Positions 62,257-64,000 of a stretch of 64,000 nt of DNA are shown here, piece after piece; the stretch's first letter is position 1; the number at the start of each line of letters is the position of its first letter. Below the pieces are notes generated by a model. That model had not been told where the DNA came from, made no database searches, and was given only the letters and a program-made list of their open reading frames with translations. The DNA is taken from assembly GCA_963777275.1 (NCBI GenBank), contig CAVZPS010000001.1, positions 1,256,322 to 1,320,321 of the forward strand, given 5' to 3'. Origin of the DNA: an uncultured Actinomycetota bacterium (GTDB lineage Bacteria > Actinomycetota > Actinomycetes > Mycobacteriales > Mycobacteriaceae). The position numbers and the translations under genes are program-made.

Positions 62257-63228
62257 ATGACCTACTCGTCCGGCAGTTCGGGATATCAACCCGCGCAGCC
62301 CACCGCGTCCTATGGAAATTCCGGGTCGTCCGGCTCGTCTGGACCCTCGTTCGCCAAATCCGAAGACCACGGCGGCAGCAAGCTGCAGCAGTACCTGACC
62401 ATCGCGGTGGCCGCGCTGGGATTGGCAGCCTACTTCCTCAGTTTCGGTCCGGTGTTCGAAGTCAACAGCGATGCCGGTGCGCCGGGGGGCTCCGGCAGCC
62501 GTGGCGCGGGCGTGGTCGCGATGCTGGCGCTGCTGGCGGCGCTGCTGGCCGCGACGAACCTGCTGCCCAAGGCGAGGAACTACACGGCGGTCGTGGCGGT
62601 CATCGCCGTCCTCGGCGCGCTGCTGTTGGTCGCCCGGGCTTCCACCCTTTCGGACAACGTCTCGGCTGGCTGGGCGCTGTGGGCCATCCTTGGCCTGGCG
62701 GTGTTGCAGGCCCTCACCGCCGTCGGCGCGCTGCTGCTGGACGCCGGCGTGATCACGCCGCCGGCCCCGCGGCCCAAATACGACCGGTACAACCAGTACG
62801 GGCAATACGGCCAGTACGGCGGTTACTACGGTCAGCCGGGCCAGTCGCCCTACGGGCAGCACGCCGGCCCGCAGCAGTCACCCCAGCAGGGCTACGGGCC
62901 GTCCTACGGCGGCGGCGGATACCCGCAGGGACCTTCGACCGGCGGCTTCAGCGCCGCCGGCCAGCAACACGGATCACAGCAGGGCTCGCACTCAGCTCAG
63001 CATCAAGCGTCTTCGCAGGGCGGTCAGAGTGAGCACGGCACGTCCACTCCGCCCACCGGTTTCGCCAGCTTCAGCTCCCCGCCGTCATACGGCTCCGGCG
63101 CGGAAACTCAGGCTGCGGGCTCCGGCAACGCCGGTGAGCACTCGGCTTCCGGCTCGGGCGGGCAGCAGTCCCATGGCGGCCAGCAGCCTCAGTCGCCGTC
63201 CTCGCCCTCCGGTCCGACGTCCTCCTAA
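62257..63228 (+). CDS. DUF5336 membrane protein (Rv0954-like, 34 kDa antigen family)
   Basis: Four TMs then a Gly/Gln/Tyr/Ser-rich tail; [16 protein letters not shown]. Confidence 0.85.
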   Translation: MTYSSGSSGYQPAQPTASYGNSGSSGSSGPSFAKSEDHGGSKLQQYLTIAVAALGLAAYFLSFGPVFEVNSDAGAPGGSGSRGAGVVAMLALLAALLAATNLLPKARNYTAVVAVIAVLGALLLVARASTLSDNVSAGWALWAILGLAVLQALTAVGALLLDAGVITPPAPRPKYDRYNQYGQYGQYGGYYGQPGQSPYGQHAGPQQSPQQGYGPSYGGGGYPQGPSTGGFSAAGQQHGSQQGSHSAQHQASSQGGQSEHGTSTPPTGFASFSSPPSYGSGAETQAAGSGNAGEHSASGSGGQQSHGGQQPQSPSSPSGPTSS

Positions 63229-63276
63229 CCGGGCGCTCCCGCGCCTAGCCGGGATGGTGCGCGCGCAGTGACGCCG

Positions 63277-64000
63277 GTGGAAGACCAGCGCGCAGCGGGC
63301 GCGCGGCAAGCCCGGGATCTGCTCAGGGTCGCGTTCGGTCCGGCCTCGGTGGCTCTGGTGATCATCGCGGCGGTAACGCTGCTGCAGTTGGTGATCGCCA
63401 ACAGCGACACGACCGGCGCCGTGGGCGCCATCGCCAGTATGTGGCTCGGCGTGCACGAGGTGCCCGTCGCCATCGGCGGTCGTGAGCTGGGAGTGATGCC
63501 GCTGCTGCCGGTCCTGCTGATGGTATGGGGAACGGCGCGCACGACGGCGCGGGCCACGTCGGGCAACGCGTCCTGGTTCATCGTCCGGTGGGTGGTGGCG
63601 TCGGCGCTCGGCGGGCCGTTGCTGTTCGCCGCTATCGCGTTGGCCGTCATCCACGACGCGGCGTCGGTGATCACCGAGCTGCAGACCCCGAGCGCGTTGC
63701 GGGCGTTCAGCAGTGTGCTCGCTGTGCACGCGATCGGCGCAGCGCTGGGTGTAAGCGCACGGATGGGTCAACGGGTGGTGGCCACGACGATGTTGCCGGA
63801 TTGGCTGGGCGGTGCGCTGCGGGCGGCGAAAGCCGGCGTGCTGGCGCTCTTCGGCTTGTCCGCCGCGGTGACGGCCGGGTCGTTGGTCGTGCACTGGGCG
63901 ACGATGCAGCAGCTTTTCGCGATCACTGATTCGATCTTCGGCCAATTCAGCCTGACCGTGTTGTCGGTGCTCTACGCGCCTAATGTGATCGTCGGCACCG
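63277..64000 (+). CDS. perM: Cell division protein PerM (Rv0955-like); partial at window edge
   Basis: Manual translation [34 protein letters not shown]; open to the window end; synteny. Confidence 0.82.
   Translation, partial: MEDQRAAGARQARDLLRVAFGPASVALVIIAAVTLLQLVIANSDTTGAVGAIASMWLGVHEVPVAIGGRELGVMPLLPVLLMVWGTARTTARATSGNASWFIVRWVVASALGGPLLFAAIALAVIHDAASVITELQTPSALRAFSSVLAVHAIGAALGVSARMGQRVVATTMLPDWLGGALRAAKAGVLALFGLSAAVTAGSLVVHWATMQQLFAITDSIFGQFSLTVLSVLYAPNVIVGT

Noticed and set aside
62780-63228. Low-complexity YGQ/Gly-Ser-Gln repeats
   Set aside because: Normal disordered tail of the Rv0954 family.

Overview
High-GC Mycobacterium/Mycolicibacterium chromosomal window, largely syntenic with the M. 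tuberculosis Rv0875c-Rv0955 region: sepH, serC, fprB, citA, pdxH, gltA2, arfABC, prrAB, accD3, echA6, tRNA-Arg(CCT), mntH, ku/ligD, cobF, fpg, pgi, chorismate mutase, pcrA/uvrD1, sucCD and perM. An accessory signalling neighbourhood (about 28-47 kb) holds three GAF-ANTAR genes, an orphan PAS protein, two REC-less CheB methylesterases, a CheR-PAS-coiled-coil-PAS protein, a Crp/Fnr regulator and a STAS/anti-sigma fusion, with no chemoreceptor, CheA or CheW in the window. The two strongest observations are (1) an unannotated leaderless Phe/Tyr-rich leader peptide with complete 1:2 / 2:3 / 3:4 attenuator hairpins upstream of chorismate mutase, and (2) the receptor-less CheB/CheR module. Four MIRU-type repeat loci interact with gene starts and stops. 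About 15 single-base frameshifts, some in housekeeping genes, suggest uncorrected sequencing indels. Rv numbers are from recalled family motifs and synteny; no database search was run.
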